A stretch of DNA of 64,000 bases from the human T2T-CHM13v2.0 reference genome, Homo sapiens, in the NCBI RefSeq assembly GCF_009914755.1, contig NC_060933.1; one strand, given 5' to 3'. The notes under the pieces were generated by a model that was not told the DNA's origin, did no database searches, and saw nothing but the letters and a program-made list of their open reading frames with translations. Within the stretch, counting starts at the first letter, position 1. Every line of letters starts with the position of its first letter. This document shows positions 1 through 13,201 of the stretch, piece after piece. A program made the position numbers and the translations under genes.

Positions 1-250
1 AGCCCAGGAGTTGGAAACTAGCCTGAGAGACATCGGGAGCTTCGTCTATACAAATAACAATGATAATAATAAGAAATTAGTGGGGTATGGTGGTGCACAC
101 CTGTGGTCTCATTTACTCAGGAGGCTGAGGAATGAGTACCGCCATGAGCCCAGGAGGTCAAGGCTTCAGTGAGCCATGATTGGGCCATTGCACTCCAGTC
201 GGGCAACAGAGTGAGACACTGTATCAAAAAAATAAAAAAAAAAAAATAGA
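1..250 (+). mobile_element. Alu, old AluJ-type, cut by window start
   Basis: Diverged Alu arms (agcccaggaggtcaaggcttcagtgagccatgattg...cactccag) ending in an A-tail at ~226-250. Confidence 0.85.
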
Positions 251-745
251 AAAAGCATTTTTTAAATGTTCCTATGAAGGTTAACATATTAGCTTAAAAG
301 CATTGCGTCATATTATAGCAGACCTTTTCCTGAAAGCAGGTTTCGGTATTATGGAAAGGGCCATGTAGAGGAAGAAAATAAATTGTAGAGGTAAGCTTCA
401 GATCACAGAGAACATGCTTAGCCTACTTCATAATTTGTCCAGGGTCAACCATGAGCACAGAAACAACAAAATTAAAGTGGCTAGATCACATATATTATTA
501 ACTCAAATATATAGGAAATGCAAATAGCACTCAAAGACAAATACGTAACTTGGGTGAGAAGTAAATTATATAGATCGACATTTTGGAAGTTTAGTTTGGG
601 TGAGGTCCAGGAACCATTGATTTTATCTGGCAAAACCAGGGAGTAGTTTCTGGACTAAGTGACAGGGAAACTTTCCAGGTTAGGATTAAAAGGAACTTCT
701 GAGTTTTCTTGCTGCATAAAATGGTTGTCCAAATAAAACGGAAGT

Positions 746-1068
746 TCATTCATCTATATACCAAACATTTATAAAGTTCCAATCTCTTCCAGGCACCTCC
801 TTAAGCACAAGCACAGGGATAGCAAATACTTAGTCTTAGAGCTATTCTTTCTTCCTATGCCCATGGCAGACATTGCTAATCAAACACGGTTATCTTTTCC
901 ACTTGTGTCAGACAGTCTCAGATTGCTTTTCAATACATCACTGCAGGCATTTACTAACAATCTAGTTGCAGTTGACACAGAGATGAAACTTATTTGCTAC
1001 TCCAGCATCAGGCAAACAAAAATGGCATAGACATGATCTTATCGCTCAACAAGCACATATTTTAGTAT
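746..1068 (-). mobile_element. L2 3' end fragment, interrupted by a hAT element
   Basis: ttcattcat...caaacattta...ccaggcac motif of the L2 3' end; similarity resumes after 1005. Confidence 0.5.
814..1005. mobile_element. Non-autonomous hAT DNA transposon (MER117-like)
   Basis: Terminal inverted repeats CAGGGATAGCAAATA (814-828) / TATTTGCTACTCCAG (991-1005), 12/15 complementary; ~190 bp. Confidence 0.6.
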
Positions 1069-1315
1069 TAAAGGAGGAAGAGATTAGGACAGCTTTGGAG
1101 ATAGTTGGCTCAATAGCTGTAGCTCAAAACTGCAGAATCAAGTGTACTTTGAAAACACTGAAACCAAAGGAAAAAGAAACTATGAGAACGCTAAGTTTCA
1201 TATGAATATTTCCACCTGTGCACCCAAAATTGAACTATAGACCTATTAGTTATGGCTAAAGTTTTCTTTAAATCTAACAAAAGCAACTAAAAATTGTAAT
1301 TGTAACTAAACTAAA

Positions 1316-1608
<293 letters not shown>

Positions 1609-3429
1609 AACTACACAAAATATTAAATAGTGGCTGTTTTAGTTTAGAGATTATTAAGGAGCTAGCACTCTAACATATAAGTGTACTGTTGTTCTCAGCT
1701 GAAATGTAAAGGTTAATGAAACAGGTCTTGTTGGTAGAGGATTTGGGGTCAGTTACTTTGGATCAAAGGAGGAAAAATTTTTTTTTTTTTTTTTTGGAGT
1801 ATGAAAAGAAAACCTTTAATAATTTCTAAACCTTCACTATTGACATCGGAGAGCAAAATATTTCTAAGGCAACCAGCAATAGGGAATATAAAAACCAAAA
1901 ATCATGAAGGTGGATTTTAAAAATAATATCTTATCAACAGATAATTATTTTTCTTCTGTTCTCTTTTCTTTCCAAAATAAAATCTCTGTGAAAACCCAAC
2001 ACAACCCTTACCTACATCTATCAGATTTTACCTTGCTCAATACTCCCTCCAAGTCTTTTCTTTCATGTATTTGCATTCTCTTAAATGTGAATAATATTGA
2101 AAGTTTTCACATACATTGTGGTTTTTAAGATAAGTTGATTGTTAAATCAGTTTGTTTTTAATTTACTAAAATCTATTCATTCATCATCTATCCTATGAAA
2201 TGGTGTAGGAGAATATTCCTTGAAATCAGAGAGATTAACATTTAAGAAAAAGAAAATAAAATTATAGTAATATTTTAATATCTCTTTTCCAAGGCCTAGA
2301 CTTAACATTTGAATGAAAATTTTAAATACTTACTCTGTTGTGCTCCCAGCATAACCAATAATATCTATGAGTAAAATTTTAAAATATTACTTTCATTTAA
2401 TTACAGTTGAAATAAAATAATGGCAAATAAAAACATCATCCTTGGGTACTAATGTTGTTTGCTTTTATGTTCATCATTTTAAAAAGTAAACACTCATTTG
2501 AAACTTAGAACTGAAAGTAATATAACAGAGAAAAAAGGAAATACTGACATTTAATTATTTTAATAAGCTGGGCTGCTGATGACTGAAATAGTAATATCTA
2601 CAAACTGGCTGAAGCATGAGGCAGAGATTTACAACTTAAATAATAGCAGTTTTAAAATAGACAACTATTTAATTGATTTTGTTCAACAGTTTCCCTAATA
2701 CTTTAGGCTTCATAACTCTTGGTATCAACCAAAATTTAGCTACAGCCTGATTATAGCCAATAACTGAGAAATGTTTGCTAACAGGCACAAATGATAAACA
2801 TCAGTCCACCATGACTTGCTTCTTGAGAGATCAACATTTTTAGTAGGAAAAGTCTACAAATTAATTGCAGCCAAAAGAGGACTGCATAAGCAAACCTAAC
2901 CGAGAGCTGAAATCTCGACTTATTTAATGTAATTGTCAGCGTAGAAAGGGAAGAAAATGCTACTATCTGCCCCTCAGTTCAGGTCATTGCTTCCAATCTG
3001 ACCCATTCCCCAGTGGAAATTCTGGGACAGTGGGAACCCGGCATAATATAAGAAGGATGTTCTGCTGGGAAAAAGGGTAACTTAATGATTTACTAGAACT
3101 TTCAGATCAACTGAGAGATTCAGATACAAAGAATGGAAGTCCAAATCATAAAAGACCTGAGTTTTGCAATTCAGCTTAATTTCCTACTCTAGTTCCAAAA
3201 ATGGAAATGAACTTACATATCTCAGGTTTTCTGCAGCTATCTATTAGCCAGATTATATTTCCTACAGTGACAGATCAATTAGCCAAATATTTCAATTGAG
3301 TCAATTTTGTTGTGTGCAAGTCAATCAATTTTTAAGAATTAAAATAAACTGAACTGTGCATAAGAAAAAAGCCCATGTGTGACTTTGGCAGGAAATAGTC
3401 TCGAAAAAAAGAAGGTCAGAAAACTCATC

Positions 3430-4090
3430 TAGTTAGTCAATCATCAACAAAGATTTATTAAGCACCTACTCTATACTGTTTTAGAAGACAAGAATACAAT
3501 AGCTAACAGGATTGATTTCATTTGATGAAGTTGCAACACAAGGAAAGATACAAATAATAAATAAGGAAATAATTACACAAGAAAATTTTTAAGAATGATG
3601 AGTGTTATGAAGACCATTCCTTTCTAACATGCAATAAGGTAGACAGTAGTGAGAGAATAGCAAGGAGTGATTTGGAAAGGCCTTTCTGAAGAGGCTACCT
3701 TTGAACTGAGACCTGAAGCATGAAAAGGCACAAGCCAAGCAAAGATCTGGAAAAGAAAATTTCAGGAAGTGGGAACAGTATGTGCAAAGGCCCTAAGCAG
3801 GCATAAACTCAGTATGTGTCAAGAACAGACACAGAAAGATGGGAAGCAGCTGGAGTACAGATCATAATGCAGAGCTCTGAGAAGACGTTAACATGGTAGC
3901 CAGAGGCCCTCTAGTTCATTGTGAGGAGTTTGTAATCTATTCTAGCACAAAGGAAAGCAATTGGAAGATTTTTCAAAATAAAGTAAATCAGAGGTCTTAA
4001 TATTTTTCCCAAGGTCTTTCTGACTTCCAGGGACCATAAATTATAAAAGACTATACTGGAAACCAAAAGACCATAAGCATGAGACTTCCA
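3430..4090 (-). mobile_element. L2 (L2a-like) fragment
   Basis: caacaaagatttattaagcacctact...gaactgagacctgaag...gggaacagtatgtgcaaaggccctaag, typical antisense L2. Confidence 0.75.
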
Positions 4091-4869
4091 CAGTGTATTA
4101 AAATCTTATGGATAACTTTCTTCAGGTCATTGTCTAATGTAGACAAAGCCCAAATGGCTCTAGTACTGGCTAAACTCTATAATACAAGCACATTCAATTA
4201 ATTTTTTTAAAAATTTACAAGGCATCCTCATTGACCAGTGAAAATCATTTAGTAAGTTTGTGGGTTTCTGCTGTTCAAAAAAGAGTTTCTAGCATAGAGG
4301 CATCTCTGTTCTTTTTCTACTATAAACAAAGTGGCATTTCTTCTGTGAGGTTTTGAAAGAGCTTATTTTGGAGATTTTATCAATTTCTTTTTTAAAACTG
4401 CCTTTCCTTTCCACATTGACCTCAGCATTTCTTATTTGATATACTTTTCATTATTAAAGCTTGAATTTAAGGTGAACTAACTCAATAAATGTCTTCTTGT
4501 AATTGACTTGTGGGGACCAACTCACTAAACTAAACTAAACAGTACAGGAAAGAGCATTAAATTGCATAGAAGATATGATGGGAAAGAACGTGAAATTACA
4601 CAGAAGGTTTCCTGGATAACCTCTAACTATGGTTTCCCTGTTCTTTATTTTCTTTGCTAAATGTTCTTTCTCTTAAAACTTTGTATTAGAACATCAATAA
4701 AATTTAACTTATAGATACCAATAAAGATAGCTTCTAAGCAGTTAATTATATTGAAACACATTCAATTCTTTATCTTCTCTGCTTCTCAGTCACCAAGTTT
4801 AGCCTGGAAGGCAAATCTCCTGGATCTTTGTCTAATGTTCTTTCCAATAAACCAGAAGTCTGAATATGC

Positions 4870-5477
4870 CTATGACCATGGAGGTACACAAAGTCTTTCC
4901 AAGGGACTCAGTTGAAGGTATTGTGTTGATTTCTCCTTTCACATCTCCTTTTTCAAAATTACCTATTTCTGCCTATACAAATGAAAGAATCATGCTCAAT
5001 CATAGCTAGTTTTACTTTGGTATGTTGTTATTGGGGGAAAATATCACAGAGGCCATTCAAAACATTGACTTTAGGTTGAGAAAAGATGGCCCAAATGACT
5101 TCCATTCACTTTTTTCAACAGCAACATCAATCAAGGGATTGTGCAACATTGCTGTTGCAAAACTTCCTCCATTCTCATTTTTTATTTATGCCAACAAATT
5201 TTCTTAGAACACAGCTCATGATGAAGAGCAAAAATTGATTCTGAGTTTTATCTCATTCTAGCAATAAATAAGCTTTATCCATGGATGCATGATTTTTTTT
5301 CAGAAGAATAAATTTCCATACATTTCATTAAAAGATACACTCCCAATTAAGTATACTTTTTATATTTAATCATTATTATCAAAATGTATAATATATGCAG
5401 ATATGTGTGTGTATGTATATATATAATCAACTGTATACTAATAATAGCTGTAATGATAACTCAATGCAGAATAATCT
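4870..5477 (+). mobile_element. hAT-Charlie DNA transposon remnant, left part
   Basis: gcaaaacttcctccattc...tctcattctagcaataa resembles the decayed Charlie transposase C-terminal (LLPFPSTYLCE-type) region. Confidence 0.55.
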
Positions 5478-7637
5478 GTTTTGTAAATTTATTTTATTGT
5501 TGTAAAATACGTATAAATTTGCCATTTTAACCATTGTTAAGTGTACAATACAGTGACATTAATTACATTCACAATGTTGTGCAACGATTACCTCTGTTTC
5601 CAAAACTTTTTCATCACCCAAGCAGAAATCGTATAACCACTGAGCAATAATTCCACATTTCCCCTACCCCAGTGCCTGATAACCTCGCTCTATGAATTTG
5701 CATAGTCTAGATAAGTTATGTAAGTGGAATCATAATATTTGTTTTTTTGTGCCTGGTTTATTTTACTTAGCATAATGCTTTAAGTTTCATCCATGTTTTT
5801 TGTGTATCAGAACTTTCTTTTTATAGCTGAACACTATTCCATTGTATGTATATACATTTTTGTTTTTTAATCTTTTGACAATTTGATTATAATGTGTCTT
5901 GGTGTGGGTTTCTTTGGCTTTATCTTATTACAGTTCATTGAATTTCTTGGATATATAGATTCATGTATGTCATCAAATTTGGGAAGGTGTCAGTCATTAT
6001 TTCTTCAAACATTCTTTTTGGTCATTTATTTCCATTCTTCTTCTGGGACTCCCATAACGCATATGTTGGATTGTTTGGTGATATCACACAGGTTCCTTAG
6101 ACTCTGATGAACTTTTCCTTATTTGTTTTTCAGTCTGAAACTCTGACAATGATTTTAAGGTACTATTGTCAAGTTCACTGATTCTTCCCCCGTTTGAATA
6201 TGCTTTTACAACCCTCTAGTGAACTTTTTATTTCAGTTACTCTACTTTTCAGCTCCAGAATTTCTATTTGGCTCCTTTTAATAATTTCTGTCTCTTTATT
6301 GATATTCTTATTGTGTTCATTCATCATTTTCCTGATTTTTTTTACTTCTTTGTCCATGATTTTCTTTAGCTTGTTGAACATATTTAAGACAGTTGTTTTA
6401 GAGTCTTTGCTACTAAGTCTGATTTCTAGGCTTCTTCAGAGATTATTTCTTCCTATTTATTTTGTTCTTCTGAATGGACCATTTTTTCTTATTTCTTTAT
6501 ATGCCTTTTTCTTTTAGTAACGGACATTTAAACACTATAATGTGGTAACTCTGGAAATCAGATTTTTCCCCTTCCCCAGTGTTTTCCTTTCCTCCCTTCC
6601 CTCCCTCCTTCCTTCCTTCTTTCCTTCCTTCCTTTCTTTTTCTTTCTTTCTCTTTCTTTTTTCATTCTTTCTCTCTTTCTTTGTTCTTTCTTTTTTCTTT
6701 CCTTTATTTTTTTTCTTTCTGGTATTAAAGGCTATAGCAGTCCATTGGCTTAGTGGCTTTCTCAAACTATTTATGCAAAGACACAGTTATTTATCATGTG
6801 TAGTCACTGAAATTGCTGTTCTTCAGCTTGTGTTCAGCTAGAGTTTTGACAGAAATTTCCCTGAAGACCAGAAACTAAAATCAAACAAACAAACAAATAA
6901 AAGAATAAAACTCTCTTCTAGTCTTTGTATATTGGTGGTGTGCAAGAGCAATCTTTCAAAGCTTAGCCAGGCTTGCACTGAGCCTAAGGCTCAGCCTGAG
7001 GTGTAAGCTTAGGGTCTTCTCTGTCCTTTTCTGAGCATGCACCTTGCCCTGGTCATGTACATGAGTTTCTAAATTTCCCCATATTCATAGTGCACTGAAT
7101 AACCCAATTTTCAAAAGAAATTCTCCCCAGCTTTTGCTCACAGATATTATGTGGTCTATTGTGCCTTTTAACCATAATCTTTTATGTGAAGTGTCTGCAG
7201 TTGTCACTTCACCTTGCAGGACTTTTGAGTAATACCTACCACCTTTCTGGTGCAAGGTGTGAGTTAGGTAAAAGAGACAAGTACCATAAGCCAGTCCTTC
7301 AGGCAGCCCCTAAATAAGTCAGAACCAACATACAGAACAATGTGCAAATCAGGTCAGCTCTGCTCCCCCCAGGGACCAGAGTCCTACACTGAGAACATAG
7401 GCTTTCTTCTTCAAGACTGCAGCCACACAAGGAAGGGTGAAACAAGTGCAAGTAAAAACACCGCAAAGTTTTCCTACTGCTTTGAAATTCAGCATTTGCT
7501 TGGTTGCTGAAAAACTTGAGCATTTTTCAGAGTTCTTACAAAGTTGGTAATAACAGTGCCTGCTTTTCATTTTTCTTAAAGATAGAGGATGGGGAAGGAG
7601 ACCTTGGACCTTCCCTTCTCTTTTGCTGACATCACTC
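5478..7637 (-). mobile_element. Old L1 (L1MB-type 3' end joined to an L1M 5'UTR and ORF1 N-terminal half)
   Basis: 5478-5865 antisense L1MB 3' end; ORF 6175-6381 is an ORF1p coiled-coil remnant (EIIKRSQIEILELKSRVTEIKSSLEG); 5' terminus reads gagtgatgtcagcaaaa on the minus strand. Confidence 0.8.
6582..6720. repeat. Pyrimidine-rich low-complexity (TTCC)n/(TTTC)n tract
   Basis: Direct inspection. Confidence 0.9.
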
Positions 7638-7668
7638 CAGAAGAAGAACAATAATCTTAACTCCTCAG

Positions 7669-7783
7669 TGTTGGGAGTAAGCCCCCCAAAATCTGGCCAT
7701 AAACTGGCCCCAAAACTGGCCAAAAATAAAATCTCTGCAGCACTGTAACTTGTCCATAATGGCCCTAACGCCCAAGCTGGAAG
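7669..7783 (+). mobile_element. MER9 (HERV-K9 LTR) 5' stub, 115 bp
   Basis: tgttgggagtaagccccccaaaatctggccataaactggccccaaaactggcc...ctctgcagcactg...gctggaag matches the MER9 start. Confidence 0.85.
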
Positions 7784-8160
7784 CACTGGGATTTTTAAAT
7801 TTAGACTTAATTTTTTTATATATTGTTATTGCATTATATATGATAGAGTGGTCAGTAAAAGACTTTCACATATAAAAATATATTAAGATACAACTGAATG
7901 GAAGAAGTATAATTAAAACATAAATTTGAAGAATAATTAGACTATGGTATTTATATGCTACTGGGTACATTTAAAAAGAGAAGTAATAATTTTATCTTAA
8001 ACATAAGTATTTACAATGTTTTGAAAATTACATTATTTGCAACTATTACTTTAATTTATAATAAAAATATTTTGGAGGTCAACTTACAAATTTGCAAAGG
8101 GTGCTTACTTTGTCAAAACTCATTTAAGAAGTATTTGTGCCAATATTTGAAGAGCACTGC
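7784..8160 (+). mobile_element. hAT-Charlie remnant, right part
   Basis: AT-rich body ending tttgaagagcactg, a Charlie-type terminus (CAGTG on the other strand). Confidence 0.5.
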
Positions 8161-9051
8161 TCTATTCTATGCCATTTCCTTAAATGTATATCAACTGAAT
8201 TATCAGGTATAAATACAAAAGAGAATTAGAGTTGGGTGCTATTAATGTCCTCCTTTTACTGCACCTTGCAGCAGCAGTTAACTAGTTGATTACTGCTACA
8301 TTAAAACACTCTTCTTGGCAATAGTATGAGTGCTTATGCTTCTGATGTTCTTTCTACCTTGGAGACTGTTTCTTCTCAGTATTTTCTCATTTGTCCACAT
8401 ATTTTCAGCCTCTAAACATCAGAGTGTACAAAGATGCAATTCTTTGCTCTCTTCTATTACTACATGAATCTCCTGGCTTTTAAAACTATTTGCTAATAAC
8501 CACCAAATTTATATCTTCCTTTATCATCTGTTCTCCAAATTCTAATATCTGTCTACTTTATGCCTCCTCTGAATGTTTACTAGTTGCAACGTTAATATAA
8601 CAAATCCTAAAAACAACTCTTGGTCCTCTCCACTTTGCAAACCAATTATCGTTCTAGTCTTACCCATTTAAGCTAGTGGCTTTCCTTTTAACTGTTTTTC
8701 ACCCAAAAATCTATGTGTCAGCAATTTTTTCTCACTTCGTTCATCATGCCAACCACCACCATAAGTGTATCCAATCCATCAGCATGTTAATTTAGCACTA
8801 GTTTCTTAATATATTCTGAATCCAACAATGTTTCTCATCATCACTGTTAATACCTTGTCCCATCTACATCATTTCTGATATAGCCTTTTTAGTATTCTTT
8901 CTGATTCACCCATAATACATTTTCCACATTGCAGTCAGAGTGATTTAATAAAACAAGTTAGGTCATGTCACCCCTCTCCTAAAAATTTTCAACAACTCAG
9001 AATAAAATTCTAGTCATCAAGAAGTAACCATAATCTAAAAAGACTCTACAT

Positions 9052-9208
9052 CAGGTATTTTTACCCAAGTTACATATTAGAATCATCTAGGGAATTTAAA
9101 AAAATACTGAGGCCTCTTACAACTCTAGAATATCTGGGACTAGGGCTAGTAATGGTATTTTGTTAAGTACTGTAGGAGAATCTAATGTGCCCCCAAGGTT
9201 GAGAAAGT
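9052..9208. mobile_element. MER5A (hAT-Charlie)
   Basis: catattagaatcatctaggga...tctaatgtgcccccaaggttgagaa. Confidence 0.7.
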
Positions 9209-9555
9209 TTATTGCCCATCTTTTCAACCTTACACTCTACAACTCACATGCAATATCTGGGCTCCAGTCACATTGCCTCTCTCTATTTAAACATACTAAA
9301 CTTGTTCCATTTGAAGACCTTTGTGCTTGCTGTTTCTCTGTCTGAAATACTCTTTCCAAAGACCTTCTGATGATTGACGTATTTTTGTCAATTTGCCTCA
9401 ATTTAAATATCTATAGTATGCCCTTCAATGACCACCCATCCTAAATCTCTAACTGAAATGACCCTGTTAATTGGTTCCTACTTATATTTCTTTTATCTCC
9501 CAATGGACTGTAAGCACCATGAGAACAGTAGCTTTGTCTGTCTTGCTCCCCATTC

Positions 9556-9930
9556 TGTTAGTCCAGGATAGGCTAAGTTCAGCGTTAGTGACATACAAGC
9601 CTACAACCTCACTAGCTTTAACAATTAAAGTTTACTTCTCACTTATGCTTTATATTCACTGCAGTCAGCTGGAGTTTCACTTCAGGACTCAAGCTGATGG
9701 AACAGCTACTATCTGGAACACTGATAAAAGAACACTTGAGGGTCTCAAACCAGACATTTAATTGCTGTGACCCAGAAACTGACCTATGCCAGTTTCATTG
9801 ACAACCACATTGACCAGAGGAAGTTACATAGCCCTATCCAGCTACAAAGCGGCCAGGAAGTGCAATCCTTCTATATTCTAATATTGTGCAGAGAGGCAGA
9901 AAGATTTGATTAGTAGTTCAAATGACCACA
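9556..9930 (-). mobile_element. MaLR LTR (MLT1I/J-like)
   Basis: ttagtccaggataggctaag...aaagtttacttctcactt...gctgatggaacagc...aatgaccaca. Confidence 0.7.
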
Positions 9931-10769
9931 GCCATCATATTCTCATCTCCTGTAATAGCATTTCAACACAGTAGGTGCTTACTAAATAGCAAATTACTTA
10001 AGATATTCTGGTACTGGACAGCTCTACCAGTAGCCAAGCTGCTACACATTTTTGTCACTTAAAATAGGGATAATTTTACTGCAAAGTAGATGACTTTGAT
10101 TTGCATAATTTTACAACTAAAAGAGGTTTTTATCTAATTTCTTCAGTTTTATAGAAAGTAAGGCCCAGAAGCTTAAATAATTTTTCCAAATTTATACTAT
10201 TTGTTCTTCAATAGTGAAAATCTGACCAAAATATGGAGTATTTACATCACACTGATGACCCTTAAGCTGTAGTGTATTATTTTGACTCACCTTAACAATG
10301 TTTTTAAATCTTGACAACTCTATAGAAGTTTTCAAAAGTCAGTATCACTTTAACCATTATGTAAGGCATTTGAGAATCGTCAGCCTATCCTATATGCAAT
10401 TGCCAGAACTCCTTGCTGGTCAATCAAAATCAAAGGCATTCTGGAAAACTCACACGAATAAAGTAAGGCCTTTGCCAAACACCCACCATGTTATAGGGGA
10501 AGCCAGAATGTGGTATGGGTGTGAGTTTAATCCACTTTAGTCTGAACTTTTTTATGTCAGAGTCAAACTGCCCCTAAGCATCAATATATTACAAAGTATA
10601 ATTTGCTGAACATTCTTTTTCCAGTCCATTGAAAATTTATCAGATTTTCTTTTTCAACGATTATTAAGGTAGTAAAAAGCTTAAATTTATTATCACTGAA
10701 TTAGTCAGCAGCTGAGTTTCAGCATGAATATAAAGATATAGTATAAGCTCTTGACTTACTAGCTTCCTA

Positions 10770-11330
10770 AAACAGGCTACAAGGTCTACCACGACCTGGT
10801 CTTGGTCTGTTTCTCCCAGCTGACCCTCTGTCTCCACCATGCCCATAGCCAAAATGTGCTTCAGTATTTCTCCAACACACAATGCTTCTCTGTTTCTGTG
10901 TCTGGAATGTTCACATATTTGCTGATAATGGTTTTCTTTGCCTGCACAATGTCAACTTTTTTTCCTTCACATCCTGGATCTTGCATTATCTCTCAGAACG
11001 CGTGTCCTGATCTCCTTTTACTAAGGAGAGATTGGGTAACTACTCCTATGCCCTTTTGCATGTCCCTTCTTAAAGATAGGTTGTAGTCCTAGGATAATGC
11101 CTGGCCCAGAGGAGAATTTCTAAAACTTAAGAATTCACTGGTTGATTAATTAATTGACTATCATTTGTTACATTATATCAGATTTATTGCTTGATTTTTT
11201 TTCTCTCTCTAATTTGATAACATGTTCCTTAAAAGCAGGGGCTGTATAGTATTTATCACTGAATCAGTCAGTACCTGGCATTACAGTCAGCCCAAAGAGG
11301 ATGCTCCACAAATATCTGCCAAACTGAATC
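10770..11330 (+). mobile_element. L2 fragments
   Basis: Decayed L2 3' motifs (tttgcctgcacaatg, tgcctggcccagaggag, gtacctggca...gctccacaaatatctg). Confidence 0.45.
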
Positions 11331-11964
11331 TAAATTGCGCAAATATTCTAAGAAGTAAGAGCTCTTAATTTATAAAATCCTCACAGTAATGTTTAAGAAG
11401 GAATAGAGTTGAACCAAAGCAAATCTAAAAACTATTTGTGAAGCAAAACATTTGGTTCAGCAAGGGAATTTAACAGTTCAAATGTGTTTTTGGTTGAAAT
11501 GTTTGCTCTACTAACAGGCATTTCTAAAATGTGTTTTTGCTGTTGAGGCTGAAAAAATTTATTTTAAAGGTATTAGGACATCGAATGTTAAAAACATATC
11601 TAGCCCTTACTTAAACTAGAAAAGTGATTGTCAGTAGAAATGCTTGCAGGCAAGGTTTCAGCTTCGCATGGTTTCAAAATGTTTCCTTGGGTGAAATGTT
11701 CTTAGAGACACTTCAAATTGAAGGAATTTTGTTTGCCAGCTTAGCTACTAACATCATTTCATTAACATGGAAGCCAGCGCATTGTTGGAAAGTAAAAATG
11801 ATATTGATTACACATGACAACAGAACAAAAAAAATCAATATAAAGATAAAAATAACAAAAAATCAAAGAAACTTATTCCTCATTCCTAAAACTTAATCAT
11901 CAGTCATAAAGCACTGCAGAAGAAGATGTTAAAATTATATTCTCAAATGCCAATTGATAAAGCA

Positions 11965-12215
11965 ACTTGTAGAATGATATATAAAACATAATATAATTTA
12001 CAGTGTCTACAGGTATATACACATATTTATAGGGATTAAAGGCCTTGAAAATATACAAAAGATTTACAATACCACATACCAATACCCAAAACAATAGTTG
12101 TGGTTCCCTCTGGGAGAGAGAAAAGGAACCAGGGTAGGGAACTTCAATGTTATCTTCAATGTTTACATCTTTACAAAGAATATGTATTTGTACTATTTAT
12201 AAAATTGGAAATTAT
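11965..12215 (+). mobile_element. L1ME-type 3' end fragment
   Basis: aacaatagttgtggttccctctggga...tatgtatttgtact pattern of old L1ME 3' UTRs. Confidence 0.45.
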
Positions 12216-12687
12216 TGTTTACAATATCTTTCAATGCCAAAGTTTTAAAGGGAGTTAACACACAAAATGAGTGATTATACTAGGTAATTTTTAACATCTG
12301 TTCTAACTTAATGTTAAATGATTTTATTAATTTTTATACTTCTGAAGGGAATTTAAAGAGAATTCATATAGTTTAAAAAGTCAACAAAATATTTATTTTA
12401 ATCATTTTTAAAGCTGTTTTCTCCAGAACAAACAAAATATACCTCTGTCTTAATGGTATCTTACTCTAAAATTATTGTCATAATTTTCATCTAAAGTTTT
12501 TTATAGAACATGAAAATGTGGCTTCCTTAGTATTTTTTGTATGTGTGTATTTTTCCCGATTTCTAAATCAACATCTCAAATATAGAAAGTAAGACTGAAA
12601 ATCAGTTTCTAATTGTAATTTTAAAATATGTACTTGGTTTAGAGTTTTTTGCCACGAGAAATATAGTGGCAAATTAATGACAATCCA

Positions 12688-13054
12688 TGTAGTAGTCAGT
12701 TCTCATGCTGCTAATAAAGACAAATCAGAGACTGGGCAATATATAAAGAAAAGAAGCTTAATTGACTCACAGTGCCATAGGCTTGGGGAGGCATCAGGAA
12801 ACTTACAATCATGGCAGAAGGGGAAGCAAACACAGCCTTCTTTACATGGCAGCCTTCTTCACATGAAGTGCCAAGCAAAAGGGGGGAAATGCCCCTTATA
12901 AATCATAGATCTCGTGAGAACTCACTCACTATTATGAGAACAGCAGCATGGGGGTAACGGCCCCCATGATTCAATTACCTCCCACTACACATGAGGATTA
13001 TGGGAACTACAGTTTAAGATGAGATTTGGGTGGGGACACAGCCAAATCATATCA
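12688..13054 (-). mobile_element. THE1 solo LTR (THE1C-like)
   Basis: TG...CA termini, gagatttgggtggggacacagccaaa.catatca end, 5-bp TSD atcca/atccg. Confidence 0.92.
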
Positions 13055-13201
13055 ATCCGTAAAGAAATATTTGAACAAATTAAGGCAAATCCCCACGAGG
13101 TAATATGGTGCTGTAACAAAGAATCAATCAAACGTACATCAACTAATTTGGACAGATTTCCATATTGTATTGTTAAATGAGGAAAGTGAAATTTAGTGAA
13201 A

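Larger units (their letters stand above)
8330..9990 (+). mobile_element. L2 fragment interrupted by MER5A and an MLT1 LTR
   Basis: ccaaatttatatct, ccaatccatcagca, gcagtcagagtgat...catgtcacccctct and terminal acacagtaggtgct motifs. Confidence 0.7.

Noticed and set aside
6194-6841. Hydrophobic or Lys/Glu-rich ORFs resembling membrane or charged proteins
   Set aside because: Antisense L1 ORF1 remnant and a pyrimidine-rich low-complexity tract.
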